Notes under the pieces: model-generated
The model's input: only the letters and a program-made list of their open reading frames with translations
Database searches by the model: none
What the model was told of the DNA's origin: nothing
Source: Macrostomum lignano
Lineage: Eukaryota
Direction of reading: 5' to 3'
Length of the DNA stretch: 64,000 bases
Assembly: GCA_002269645.1 (NCBI GenBank)
Contig: NIVC01000538.1
Span: 124,001-188,000 of the forward strand
Made by a program: the position numbers and the translations under genes
In this document: one piece after another, positions 1 through 12,841 of the stretch
How the letters are laid out: the number at the start of each line of letters is the position of its first letter
Numbering within the stretch: position 1 is the stretch's first letter

Positions 1-627
1 AGGTGTGCTGCATTTACAGCCGTGTCTAATTAAGGGTGAGGCCGGGGATTTTATTACCTGACCAGGTGTGCTGCATTTACAGCCGTGTCTAATTGAGGGT
101 GAAGCTAATCAGGTAATCTTATTACCTGGCCAGGTGTGCTGCATTTACAACAGTTTCTAATTAAGGGTGAGGCCGGGGATTTTATTACCTGACCATGCAG
201 GTGTGCTGCATTTACAGCCGTGTCTAATTGAGGGTGAAACCTGGGATTTTATTACCTGGCCATGCAGGTGCGCTGCATTTACATCCGTGTCTAATTTAGG
301 GTGAGGCCTGGGATTTTATTACCTGGCCAGGTGTGCTACATTTTCATCCGTGTCTAATTTAGGGTGAGGCCTGGGATTTTATTACCTGACCAGGTGTGCT
401 ACATTTTCATCCGTGTCTAATTTAGGGTGAGGCTTGGGATTTTATTACCTGGCCAGGTGTGCTACATTTGCATCCGTGTCTAATTTAGGGTGAGGCTTGG
501 GATTTTATTACTTGGCCAGGTGTGCTACATTTGCATCCGTGTCTAATTTAGGGTGAGGCTTGGGATTTTATTACCTGGCCAGGTGTGCTACATTTGCATC
601 CGTGTCTAATTTAGGGTGAGGCTTGGG
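1..627. repeat. ~59-60 bp tandem minisatellite (about 10 units, cut by window edge)
   Basis: Recurring caggtgtgctgcatttacagccgtgtctaattaagggtgaggccggggattttattacctg with variants. Confidence 0.95.
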
Positions 628-1068
628 ATCTTGTTCTTTTTTACGACTTTTTGTCTTAGTTTTCTCTCCGACCATGTCTAATTGTAGCTGTAGATGAGCT
701 TGGCCTGAGAGAAGCTTCTCTAATACAAATGCTGCTCTGCTCTTCAAGTGCTTTGAGCAAAAAGCTGTCAAAACAGTTCCTGCTGCATCCTCATTAGATC
801 CTACGCGATGACTGTTTACGTCTCATCTTGCAGTGCTGGATGCAAAGCTGCACCTGAAAAAGTGGGCGTCACCGAGCTCTTTCAGTCCTGGCATGAATTC
901 ACCACTCAGTGAATTGACACGGTCCAACCGTTTGCCTCTGCTTGCATCTCTCAGCCTTTGCTTTTTCATTGTTTTGCCTCGTCTCCTTGAGATTTTTTCA
1001 ATGGGTTGCTTTTCCATTTTTATTTGTCATAACTCTCGCAGGTTGCACTTTGTGTGTTATCTGCCTGC

Positions 1069-1069
<1 letters not shown>

Positions 1070-1155
<86 letters not shown>

Positions 1156-1156
1156 G

Positions 1157-1191
<35 letters not shown>

Positions 1192-1279
1192 GTGTCTGTC
1201 TGTCTGTGTGTCTGTCTTTTTGTGTGTCTGTCTGTCTGTCTGCCTGCTGTCTGTCTGTGTGTCTGTCTGTCTGTCTGTG

Positions 1280-1352
<73 letters not shown>

Positions 1353-1395
1353 GCCTGCTGTCTGTCTGTGTGTCTGTCTGTCTGTCTGTCTGTCT
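1070..1395. repeat. (TGTC)n microsatellite with interruptions
   Basis: Direct reading; source of the CLSV/TDRQ pseudo-ORFs. Confidence 0.97.
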
Positions 1396-2204
1396 GGCCT
1401 GAGCCTTCGTAAACAACAAAATTGCTAATTGTGTACCTCCTACGCGCAACTCCCACCAGGCAGCAGATTATAAAAGTGCACTACGTCGTATCCCAGGTGA
1501 ATGAATCACACAGCGGAGCAAATGATGAACGCTGCGGAGTCAGTCGCAGCCAACTTGTCGAAGGCGATGAAGCGAAAATGAGTGAGTCCGCGCAGAATCC
1601 GATAGACAGTGAGGCGGGAAAGATTTTTCAAGGCCGCAAAGAACTGCTCATGCTCATAAATATTTTGCTGTCCAGGTGAGCGGGGTGACAGTGTAAAGCC
1701 ATTCCCCGTGGCTGCCTTATTTGCATAATTCATTCCAGTCTCAAGGTAACTCGCAGGTGAAGGTCGAGCTGGGCCTTGGCGGAGAAAATTGATAATCAGT
1801 CGGTTCTGTTTGGGATGACTGGCTGGCTGTAGGAAGCGGCAACCAGCTTGACGTTGCATCCCGGATCCCCAGGTAGTTGCATCGTGTTCTTCCCCATCAC
1901 ATTTTTAATCACTTGCTCAGCGGGTCATTAGGCCCGGAATCGACTTGTGGAATTGAGCGCGTCACGAACTCACTTGAAGGGGGCGCAGGTATCGGGGAGG
2001 GCCGCAATGAATCATGCGGGTTGGAGACAAAGCTAGGGGAAGTCCGAAGTCTCAAATCGATTGCGCAACTGACTTGAATCAGTCGGCATTTTTTTTCTAA
2101 TTGTGTTACGGCTCTTTAATTAGGCAACTCAAAGTGGCCGCCGTTCAAAGAATGAATAAATTGATGTGGTTTGGAACTTCTATACGATTTCCTCGTGACT
2201 CAAT

Positions 2205-2725
2205 TAATGACTTCAGAGATTCGTTCACGGCTTCAGGGATTCGTTCATGCCTTCAGGGATTCGTTCATCACTTCAGGGATTCGTTCATGCCTTCAGGGAT
2301 TCGTTCATGCCTTCAGGGATTCGTTCATGGCTTCAGGGATTCGTTCATGCCTTCAGGGATTCGTTCATGCCTTCAGGGATTCGTTTATGGCTTCAGGGAT
2401 TCGTTCATGCCTTCAGGGATTCGTTCATGCCTTCAGGGATTCGTTTATGGCTTCAGGGATTCGTTCATGGCTTCAGGGATTCGTTCACGGCTTCAGGGAT
2501 TCGTTCATGGCTTCAGGGATTCGTTCATGGCTTCAGGGATTCGTTCATGGCTTCAGGGATTCGTTCATGGCTTTAGGGATTCGTTCATGGCTTCAGGGAT
2601 TCGTTCATGCCTTCAGGGATTCGTTCATGCCTTCAGGGATTCGTTCATGCCTTCATGGATTCGTTCGTGCCTTCATGGGTTCGTTCATCACTTCAAAGAT
2701 TTGTTCATTGCTTCAGGGATTCGAC
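2205..2725. repeat. 20-bp minisatellite cttcagggattcgttcatgc
   Basis: About 25 tandem units with point variants. Confidence 0.95.
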
Positions 2726-3214
2726 CATGACTTGAATAAATCAATTGTAACATGTTAACCCATGTTACGGCGCACAGAACCAACCAGCCGTCTCATAACG
2801 CCTGTAAAAGCACAAGACTGCTTGCTCAACAGAGCGAGTGTCTCAGACTCCAGAGCTGCTGGCAGCATAAGCAAGCAGTGCCGGGTTACTTGTGCACCTC
2901 TTAAGCAAACAATTTGCCACTGCTCAAGCCACAACCAGCCCCGTGTGAACTCAAAATCGGAGAGATCAGAGGACGAGAAACTTGAGCTCGTGAGCAGAGG
3001 AGGGCGAGGCTATGAGGAGAGCTGAGGCTCAGGAAGGGAGACGAACCTACAAATAAATTTCTGACACGCGCGAGGCCAGGTTGTTGCGGCACACCCGGCA
3101 AAAGCCAGTAAAACCTCTGTCCGGGTACGTTGGCTGCTCAAGGCTTCGCTGGGTACGTGCTCAATCGAATCCAAGTAAATAGCCTGTTTTTTCGATATGC
3201 CTTAATTGAGTCAT

Positions 3215-4580
3215 GTTTAGCTGATGCCTTCATGACCTGAATCTCATGTGTTTAGCTGATGCCTTCATGACCTGAATCTCGTGTGTTTAGCTGATGCCTT
3301 CATGACCTGAATCTCATGTGTTTAGCTGATGCCTTCATGACCTGAATCTCATGTGTTTAGCTGATGCCTTCATGACCTGAATCTCATGTGTTTAGCTGAT
3401 GCCTTCATGACCTGAATCTCATCTCATGTGTTTAGCTGATGCCTTCATGACCTGAATCTCATGTGTTTAGCTGATGCCTTCATGACCTGAATCTCATGTG
3501 TTTAGCTGATGACTTCATGACCTGAATCTCATGTGTTTAGCTGATGCCTTCATGACCTGAATCTCATGTGTTTAGCTGATGCCTTCATGACCTGAATCTC
3601 ATGTGTTTAGCTGATGCCTTCATGACCTGAATCTCATGTGTTTAGCTGATGCCTTCATGACCTGAATCTCATGTGTTTAGCTGATGACTTCATGACCTGA
3701 ATCTCATGTGTTTAGCTGATGCCTTCATGACCTGAATCTCATGTGTTTAGCTGATGCCTTCATGACCTGAATCTCATGTGTTTAGCTGATGACTTCATGA
3801 CCTGAATCTCATGTGTTTAGCTGATGCCTTCATGACCTGAATCTCATGTGTTTAGCTGATGCCTTCATGACCTGAATCTCATGTGTTTAGCTGATGCCTT
3901 CATGACCTGAATCTCCTGTGTTTAGCTGATGCCTTCATGACCTGAATCTCATGTGTTTAGCTGATGCCTTCATGACCTGAATCTCATCTCATGTGTTTAG
4001 CTGATGCCTTCATGACCTTAATCTCATGTGTTTAGCTGATGCCTTCATGACCTGAATCTCATGTGTTTAGCTGATGCCTTCATGACCTGAATCTCATGTG
4101 TTTAGCTGATGCCTTCATGACCTGAATCTCATGTGTTTAGCTGATGCCTTCATGACCTGAATCTCATGTGTTTAGCTGATGCCTTCATGACCTGAATCTC
4201 ATGTGTTTAGCTGATGCCTTCATGACCTGAATCTCATGTGTTTAGCTGATGACTTCATGACCTGAATCTCATGTGTTTAGCTGATGCCTTCATGACCTGA
4301 ATCTCATGTGTTTAGCTGATGCCTTCATGACCTGAATCTCATGTGTTTAGCTGATGCCTTCATGACCTGAATCTCCTGTGTTTAGCTGATGCCTTCATGA
4401 ACTGAATCTCATGTGTTTAGCTGATGCCTTCATGACCTGAATCTCATGTGTTTAGCTGATGACTTCATGACCTGAATCTCATGTGTTTAGCTGATGCCTT
4501 CATAACCTGAATCTCATGTGTTTAGCTGATGCCTTCATGACCTGAATCTCATATGTTTAGTTGATGACTTCATGACCTGA
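3215..4580. repeat. 35-bp minisatellite gtttagctgatgccttcatgacctgaatctcatgt
   Basis: Period 35 (catgacctga at 3301 and 3336); highly homogeneous; lies downstream of the innexin B donor at 4800. Confidence 0.97.
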
Positions 4581-4800
4581 ACTTGATGTATCTGAAATCG
4601 AGCCTGCCCACTCCGCTAACCCTTGAGCACGCGCGCGGATAGTTACGCAGGCGCGCCCTCACAGCAGGCGCGCCTGTTCACTGATTCTGTGAATCAAGGT
4701 GGCCTTTTAGAGATCAGCCAATACGAGGATTCGCGTGTGCAACGTCCCGCACTCTTGAGTCTCTAACGGTTCCCGCGGGTCTGCACCGATCCGGACTCAC

Positions 4801-5103
4801 CGACATACTGCCGGATGCCGATGAGGCCGATGAACAGGAACAGGATCACGCCGGTGAACTGGTAGTTGATCCGGTCAGCAAAGTCATCGTCGAACCGCAG
4901 CCTGGACGAGCCGATGCGGCCGAGCTTGGACAGCTTCCACATGAAGGTGGCGTCCATCTCGGCGCCCAGCGGTCCGTTGGTGCCGAAGCCGAAAGCGTTG
5001 CCGCCGACGTCTCCGAGGCCGAGCGAGCTGTAGTGGCCGCTGCTCGCCTCCTTGTGGAAGCCCGCGGAATAGGCGTCCCGGAACTGGCCTGCGGGCGGGC
5101 CGT
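4801..5103 (-). CDS. inx: Innexin B, exon carrying the N-terminal region and TM1; downstream exons not found in window
   Basis: MDATFMWKLSKLG...DDFADRINYQFTGVILFLFIGLIGIRQYVG is a typical innexin N-terminus (conserved ATG at 4957). Phase-1 donor G|GTGAGT at 4800 is at the same position as in innexin A. Acceptor CAG at 5104-5106 is followed by an open in-frame extension. Confidence 0.85.
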
Positions 5104-5765
5104 CTGCCACTCTGCTTCACTCCGTCTGCCACTCTGCCTCACTCCGTCTGCCACTCTGCCTCACTCCGTCTGCCACTCTGCCTCACTCCGTCTGCCACTC
5201 TGCCTCACTCTGTCTGCCACTCTGCCTCACTCCGTCTGCCACTCTGCCTCACTCCGTCTGCCACTCTGCCTCACTCCGTCTGCCACTCTGCCTCACTCCG
5301 TCTGCCACTCTGCCTCACTCCGTCTGCCACTCTGCCTCACTCCGTCTGCCACTCTGCCTCACTCCGTCTGCCACTCTGCCTCACTCCGTCTGCCACTCTG
5401 CCTCACTCCGTCTGCCACTCTGCCTCACTCCGTCTGTCACTCTGCCTCACTCCGTCTGTCACTCTGCCTCACTCCGTCTGTCACTCTGCCTCACTCCGTC
5501 TGCCACTCTGCTTCACTGTCTGTCACACTACCTTAATCCGTCTGTCACTCTGCCTCACTCCGTCTGCCACTCTGCTTCACTGTCTGTCACACTACCTTAA
5601 TCCGTCTGTCACTCTGCCTCACTCCGTCTGCCACTCTGCTTCACTGTCTGTCACACTACCTTAATCCGTCTGTCACTATGCCTTACTTCGTCTGACACTC
5701 TGCTTCACTGTCTGTCACACTACCTTAATCCGTCTGTCACTATGCCTTACTTCGTCTGACACTCT
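5100..5765. repeat. 22-bp minisatellite ccgtctgccactctgcctcact, degenerating rightwards
   Basis: Period 22 (5161/5183); the first unit overlaps the innexin B acceptor. Confidence 0.95.
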
Positions 5766-6239
5766 GTCTCTCTACAGACGGAAACTGTGCCTCAATCATT
5801 TTGTCACTCTCCTTATCTGCGACAAAATCATCTCACCTGTTACCAACCTCTACACCAGTCACACCCACACACCTGTCTTAGCGGTGGCTCTGCACCTGTT
5901 ACCCTCAAACTAATCTTATTCAAACAGTAATTTTCATTCAGCATAATTCTCTCGAATCAGTGCACATCATGCGCTGGTTCACGCCCTACCTTCCTTGCGA
6001 AATGCCACTTTGCCGGCTGTAGCGGTTCTAACCGAGCGGTTTCGGGCACAAACAGACGGCTCCTGCTCGAATCTGCTTTTTCGGCTAATCCTTGGTTTTA
6101 AAAGCAAATTTTCTTTTTAAGGGGCCCGAGACTGAGCCGCTGTCGCCTTCACATCTTTTTTGTCTGTTTCAGACGCTTTTAGTAGCCTTGAATGGCTGCC
6201 TGCTGTCTCCCTCTCTCCATTCTCTAAAGCCTCTTGTGG

Positions 6240-6290
6240 GCTGCTCTGATTGGCTGAGCCAGTCAAATAGCCAATCAAACCAAATATGAG
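6240..6290 (-). promoter_or_regulatory. CCAAT-box cluster, candidate innexin B promoter
   Basis: tgattggctgag and agccaatcaaaccaaat within 50 bp, about 1.1 kb upstream of the innexin B exon. Confidence 0.3.
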
Positions 6291-8241
6291 CGATTAGAGC
6301 TGGCTTTTGATGGACTGATTGACACCGGCCTCCTATTATGTCTACAAGACCTATGTACCTATGTGCGGTTAGTAGGCTGTTTGCGTCGCCCATGGACAGC
6401 TGCAGAGCTGTAGTACAAAGACGCTTACAATGGATTTTCTGAGAAATGAGCTGTGTGTCTTGTGAATGCTTTGAAGAAATCGGATTTTCTCGATATAATT
6501 TGTCTATGGCAGAACCCCATTCAACGCCGCGCGTTCTCTAGAGGCTAAAATTTATACACGCAAAAATTTAACTTTCAATATTTTCAAAACGGGCGTTTTT
6601 CGACTCCTGAATTTCAATTCCTGAATTAAGAAAAAATAAAATTCGTAAAATAATTTCTAGTTGCTACTTTGAGTAGCTGGAACAAATGCTCATTGTGTAG
6701 AAAAATCTACTTAATTTAGGAAAGCTAAAGCACTCTGCTGGTAATTGCACCCTAGCTGCAGGCAGTGCGCCTAAGAATCCCAACCCCTAATTAGGGGCCT
6801 TTTTGGCCCAGCAGCTCAGTGCAAGTCAGTGCATTGTTAGTTTGCAATAATTATAAGAGGCTGCTGGCGCAACTTCTGACCTTGCGGTCGGCCAGCATTC
6901 AGCGAGGAGTCAATTATGCATGCAAATTTCTGAGCACACGGCTGCGTACGCAGATACAAGCACGCACAGGGGGTAAATCGGTCCCATGACTTCCTTCATC
7001 TTCAGACAGAGTACTGCAGGCTCTGCGGCTGGGAGGCTGACTAGCCAAAATCCAGTAATTTGGAAAGGATTTTTTCATTTCAACTTTTTTGCACCTGTGC
7101 CCATCCATGGTCACCAGCATATTTGAAATTGGACGCGAAAAACCATGGTTTACCATTTACTGACAACCCTAGCCCTAACCACAGATACTAGACTAACTGG
7201 ATGGCTGGTGACTAGATGACTTTGATAAGTTTAGAAACCAAGCTTGCACAGACGTAAGCAGCTTACTAATTGGTTCAGCCATAATGTACATTAGCCACTG
7301 AAATGTACAAGGCAGATTTAGGCCGGAACAACCGAGGAAGGTAATAAAAATAGGGTGGCCCCGGGGTAGAGGCTGTGGAGTTTGGGGGACTTTAGCTTGA
7401 GGGGGTAAGAGACAAATAAATAGACCTTGTCTTTAAAATGCATTAAAATGCTTCAGTTTAACTTACTACTGAACTGAAAGTAGCTTACATGCAAATGTGC
7501 TGAGTGGTTAATCTTGTTATTTTAGTATCTGTGGCCCTAACCAAATCCCGCACAAGATTAAGGATACAATGGTCGTAACGACAAAATGTCAGTCAAAACA
7601 TTGGGCTGGGCTTAGTTGATTTATATATATATTTGAAAATATCGACTAAACTAGCAATATGTATGCAACTTTTTACGTGGTGCTTTGATTTTACTTTCAA
7701 TTATTTCAATGTGCGCTCTCTCGGAACTTCCTACTTTCAAGACGGCATTGGTCTAAGAGATGTGCTTATCACACAACGGGACAGCAGGATAGCGGATGAG
7801 AGCAGCAGGGACCAGGGCTGTGACGGTCCTGGTGCTGCTGCGCACTGTATATAGCAAACATCTAATCGAAGGAATGCAAAAAATGCTCAAAGTGATCGAA
7901 TTAATTTTTCGAGCCAGAGATGGAGTTTCTTTCTAGCTAAAATAACATCTAAGTAAAACCATTGGACACGCATGGCTAGCCTACAGAGACACAGTTAACA
8001 GCAAGTGGAATTTGGGGGGGGGGCTGAGTCAATCGCAGTTCAATGAAACCGGATGCCCCGAGGCCGCTCGCTGGAATTCGGATTTCCGGTTCAGTACTCA
8101 AGTCTATCTTCCTGGCGCAGTTACCTGGGCCTTCTGCATCCAGGGAAGAGCTGACTGCACTGACTGCCAAGCCAGTGAATAAGCTTTGTACATTCAACTG
8201 CACTGCTCAAGTTCTGGATTGGCCCACTCAGCTGTCCTGGG

Positions 8242-11200
8242 TCAGACAACGCTGGAGCCTCTGTTGACAGACTCGAGCAACCGGTTGATGTCGTCCTCCG
8301 TGCCGGTGATCTTGGCCTGCCTGTAGTTCCTCCACAATGTTGTGGTGACGTCCAGGGCGACGAGGTCGCTGGCCAGGTTTGACACGGCTTGCAAGATGAA
8401 AATACCGTCAGGTCCCAGGTTGTTGTGCACGAACTTGGCGCAATCTCTCTCCTCAGTGTTCGAAATTAGCCTCATCGCTCGCAGGTACTGCTTGACGAAG
8501 TCGACTCGCTGCTGCGGTATTAGCGTTCGAATTATCCAGCTCAACGTGTTAATGGCAGTTAGGGCTGCTAGGATAATGAACCAGAACCACAGGAAGATGT
8601 ACACCTTCTCCACGAAGTGATTCACTGGTAGGACGCATTGCACCGTGTATCTGAAGTGGTGCGGTTTTGTAAAGGGGCTGCGATGAATAGTGGGGTGTCT
8701 ATGGCTAACCATTGAGGTGTCTGTGACTAACCATTGGGATGTCTATGACTAACCATTGAGGTGTCTGTGACTAACCATTGAGGTGTCTGTGACTAACCAT
8801 TGAGGTGTCTATGACTAACCATTGAGGTGACTATGACTAACCATTGAGGTGTCTGTGATTAACCATTGAGGTGTCTATGACTAACCATTGGGGTGTCTAT
8901 GACTAACCATTGGGGTGTCTATGACTAACCATTGGGGTGTCCGTGACTAACCATTGGGGTGTCTATGATTAACCATTGAGGTGTCTGTGACTAACCATTG
9001 AGGTGTCTGTGACTTATCATTGAGGTGTCTATGACTAACCATTGAGGTGTCTGTGACTAATCATTGAGGTGTCTATGACCAGTAACCATTGAGGTGTCTG
9101 TGACTAACCATTGAGGTGTCTATACTAACAATTGAGGTGTCTGTGACTAACCATTGAGGTGTCTATGACTAACCATTGGGGTGTCTGTGACTAACCATTG
9201 GGGTGTCTGTGACTAACCATTGGGATGTCTATGACTAACCATTGAGGTGTCTGTGACTAACCATTGAGGTGTCTATGACTAACCATTGAGGTGTCTGTGA
9301 TTAACCATTGAGGTGACTATGACTAACCATTGAGGTGTCTGTGATTAACCATTGAGGTGTCTATGACTAACCATTGGGGTGTCTATGACTAACCATTGGG
9401 GTGTCTATGACTAACCATTGGGGTGTCCGTGACTAACCATTGGGGTGTCTATGATTAACCATTGAGGTGTCTGTGACTAACCATTGAGGTGTCTGTGACT
9501 TATCATTGAGGTGTCTATGACTAACCATTGAGGTGTCTGTGACTAATCATTGAGGTGTCTATGACCAGTAACCATTGAGGTGTCTGTGACTAACCATTGA
9601 GGTGTCTATGACCAGTAACCATTGAAGTGTCTCTGACTAATCATTGAGGTGTCTGTGACTTACCATTGAGGTGTCTGTGACTAATCATTGAGGTGTCTGT
9701 GACTAACCATTGGGATGTCTATGACTAACCATTGAGGTGTATGACTAACCATTGGGGTGTCTGTGACTAACCATTGGGGTGTCTATGACTAACCATTGGG
9801 GTGTCTGTGACTAACCATTGAGGTGTCTATACTAACTATTGAGGTGTCTATACTACCATTGAGGTGTCTATGATTAACCATTGAGGTGTCTGTGACTAAC
9901 CATTGAGGTGTCTATGACTAACCATTGAGGTGTCTATACTAACCATTGGGGTGTCTATGACTAACCATTGAGGTGTCTGTGACTAACTATTGAGATGTCA
10001 CATGGCCAGTACTCACGGCTTGTTGCCCTTAGTTCCAAGATTCCGCTTGGGAATGTTGCAGAAGGTGACTCGCGGGAAATTTCCCGACTCCTTCCAGTCA
10101 ATGCCGGCAATGAGGTTGCTGAGCACCTCGTAGCCAAAGAAGATTGACTTGTTGCCGAGGAAGCTGCGCATGAGAAACACCTGGCCAATGGCGTTGCCGA
10201 TGAACATGAGCCTGACCAGCAGGAACAGCAGCGTCAGGCGGATGTTGGGGCCGCAGCAGAACAGGAACTTCTCAACCGTGCTGCGAACTCTCCGATGACG
10301 GCTGGTGGCCTCCGCCTGCTCCTCCAGCGCTGCCACCAGGCACTGCACGGCCTTCCTGCGCAGGTCCGTGTCCGGGATGGCCGCGTTGCGCGCGCTCTTG
10401 ATTAGCACCGGTAGGCGCCTGGCGCCAACTCGCCAGACAAGATGAGGCACCCAGGTGAGCATGGCTTGTCCGGCCAGCACGATGGCCACCCACTGGTAGT
10501 AGGTGAGGAACCTCTTGCTGTCCAGTTCCTTCTTGCGTACCGGGATGTCGTCATCTGGCCCGAGGAAATAGGTGCTGGACACCCAGCAGTAGTTCTCGGC
10601 GAAGTCCTCCCAAGCTTTGGAGAATTCCTGAGGCACCCAGCACTGAATCGGCTTGCCTGTGGGACGGTGGCGCGCTTCGATAGAAATGCTGAGTAAAGAG
10701 TATAGAAAATAGATCATAAAATGTCCTTTTGTTATAAATACGAGCCAAAGAAGCAGGTAAAGTTAATCAGAGTTTAGCCTGTATGAGCATGAACGCCAGC
10801 ACTGTGCCACAGATGCTATTATAAAATAGCCAGATGTCACTCAAAAAAACTGCGCTTATCTTATTTTCCAGTCGGAGCACCCCCCCCCCCCCTAAATCCA
10901 GTGGCACCCGCCCCCAGCCAGACCGATAAACTGTTCGGCTTTCCTCTTGCCCGCTAGTGTTTGACTTTAACCTCTCACCTTGCTGCTCTTTCATTGGCTG
11001 AGCTAGCTTGGGCCTGCCCCTAAGATAAGTTTCGTCCCCCTGACTTTAACCTCTCTCCTTGCTGCTCTTTCATTGGCTGAGCTAGCTTGGGCCTGCCCCT
11101 AAGCTAAGTTTCGTCCCTCTGACTTTAACCTCTCTCCTTGCTTCTCTCTCATTGGCTGGGCTAGATTGGACCTGTCCCCCTAGGCTGAATAGGCTAGGCT

Positions 11201-12841
11201 TGTGTACATCAGTTGAAATGCTTGTTGTTGATTCTTAACCCCACACATGCTCCTTGAGGCCGCAAACCCCAAGAAAGGAAAAAAGTTTTAGCAGCTACAT
11301 TAAATTTGAGTAACACTGCGCATAAAAACTACTAAGTAAAGAGTAGTCGCTCTACTTTTTCACAATTTTAACTGCGACTGACATTCTTAGTTACTCCAGG
11401 ATCTGCGGCACTGTGCAAGCACATCTTACAACGGGTCAGGCGTTTTGCCTATATCCGACTTCAGTTTGGACAACTTGGACTTCTGTATTAAGCTGAATTC
11501 CAACCTCGGGTGAAATTTAAATTCATTCTGAGATCGCAAGCGACTTGCTATACTGGCGCACGTAACTGTTCAGTTATTAAAGTAATTATTTAACTTTTAA
11601 TTTATTAGGAAGCAAATAATTAGGCATCAGCAACATTTCCTTCCCACACTCTGCTGAAAAGAGCGGAACTGCTGGCTCAGGACGGGCCGGTAACGAGTGC
11701 TTCCTCACGCTCTATCAACACTCAGTCAACACAGAATTTCTAGCTGAGACTTCGTATCCGTCTCCAGTGGCCTGCGAACCCCTGCCAGGGAGCTGCTGGC
11801 TGCCTCTCAGCGCAATCCTTGCACTGGCTGACAGGCCGGGGTCAGGGAAAACTTCAATGCTGCAGCGCTGGAGCCCCATTGCATGTTTTTACACAGTCTT
11901 GGCAAATCAGTCAGTGGAGGGGAACGGCTGAGGTGGGGCAGACTCTTGCCAGGCGCTGGGGGAACCCATTGTGTCAGGCCGGATTGAAGCTGGCCATCAA
12001 TTTTTACTTTGAGGGGGGCCTCTGTCTTCGCTCCCTATCGACCCCCTAGCGACCCCGGGCAGTGATGCTTCATCCATCTAGCAGGGCAGGCGCAGGGGAT
12101 TGCAGGCTAATTTTGGCTGTTGGTCTTGGCGCAGAGGACAAGCGCGGGGTTGTTGCTTTTGCCAACTTTTGCGTGACGCGACGCCCACCGAGTCTTCCCT
12201 CCCTCCCATCTCTTTGAAAAGCTTTCAATTCCTCACTCCGACCGCATCCCTGTCGCAATTATTCTTTCTCAAGGCACAGGAGATCCGGCAGACTTCGCCC
12301 AGATGTCCCGCACAGAGAGAATGAGTCAGTTTGTCGGTCAGCCGGTGCCATGAAATATTCTCTTTCTCAGTTCGGCAAGGCTATGCAGGCTGAGCTCTCC
12401 TTGGTCACAGTCAATTCCCCCCAGTAGCCCCGAGCTTTCTCCCCTCAAGGAGCCACTTGGCATTCTGAATGCTCCAAAGCTAAAGAATAGAGAAGGAAGG
12501 AAGTGGATTGGGGCGCCAGTTCGCTCTGGAGCTCGGGTCGGAGAGTGCGGCTCAAGGATGAAATAAAAAACTCAGCAGATTGACTGGGTGCACTTTTAGA
12601 AGAAGAGGCGGTTCATTCATTTTCTAGGAAACGGTTTGCAAACTAGAGCGCCGAAATCATTAACGAACTCACCAACATATTGGCGCAGCCCGATGATGGC
12701 GATGAACATTGTCATGAGGCCGCCTGTGAACTGGTAGTTCAGCTGGTCGACAAAGTCAACTCCGTGGCCGCCGTATGGCGTCTTGAATATCCGGCCGAGC
12801 TTCAGCACGAAGCCGGCGTCCATCACGCCGCCGCGAGTCAT
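8242..12841 (-). CDS. inx: Innexin A (gap-junction/hemichannel protein), 3 exons: 12673-12841, 10017-10656, 8242-8650; 405 aa
   Basis: Spliced exons total 1218 nt, in frame, with GT-AG junctions (G|GTGAGT, CC|GTGAGT, CAG acceptors). Motifs GKPIQCWVP, ENYCWVSSTY, YYQWV, FPRVTFC, TVQCVLPVN, EKVYIFLWFW. The start could instead be the ATG at 12823. Confidence 0.95.
8700..10000. repeat. 22-bp minisatellite ctaaccattgaggtgtctgtga filling innexin A intron 2
   Basis: Period 22; internal block duplicated at a 486-bp offset (8941/9427). Confidence 0.96.
10962..11175. repeat. 79-bp tandem repeat, about 2.7 copies, in innexin A intron 1
   Basis: tgactttaacc at 10962, 11041 and 11120. Confidence 0.9.

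Noticed and set aside
8242-8350. Innexin A-B fusion by splicing from the end of A into the 5103 acceptor
   Set aside because: No convincing phase-1 donor before the innexin A stop codon.
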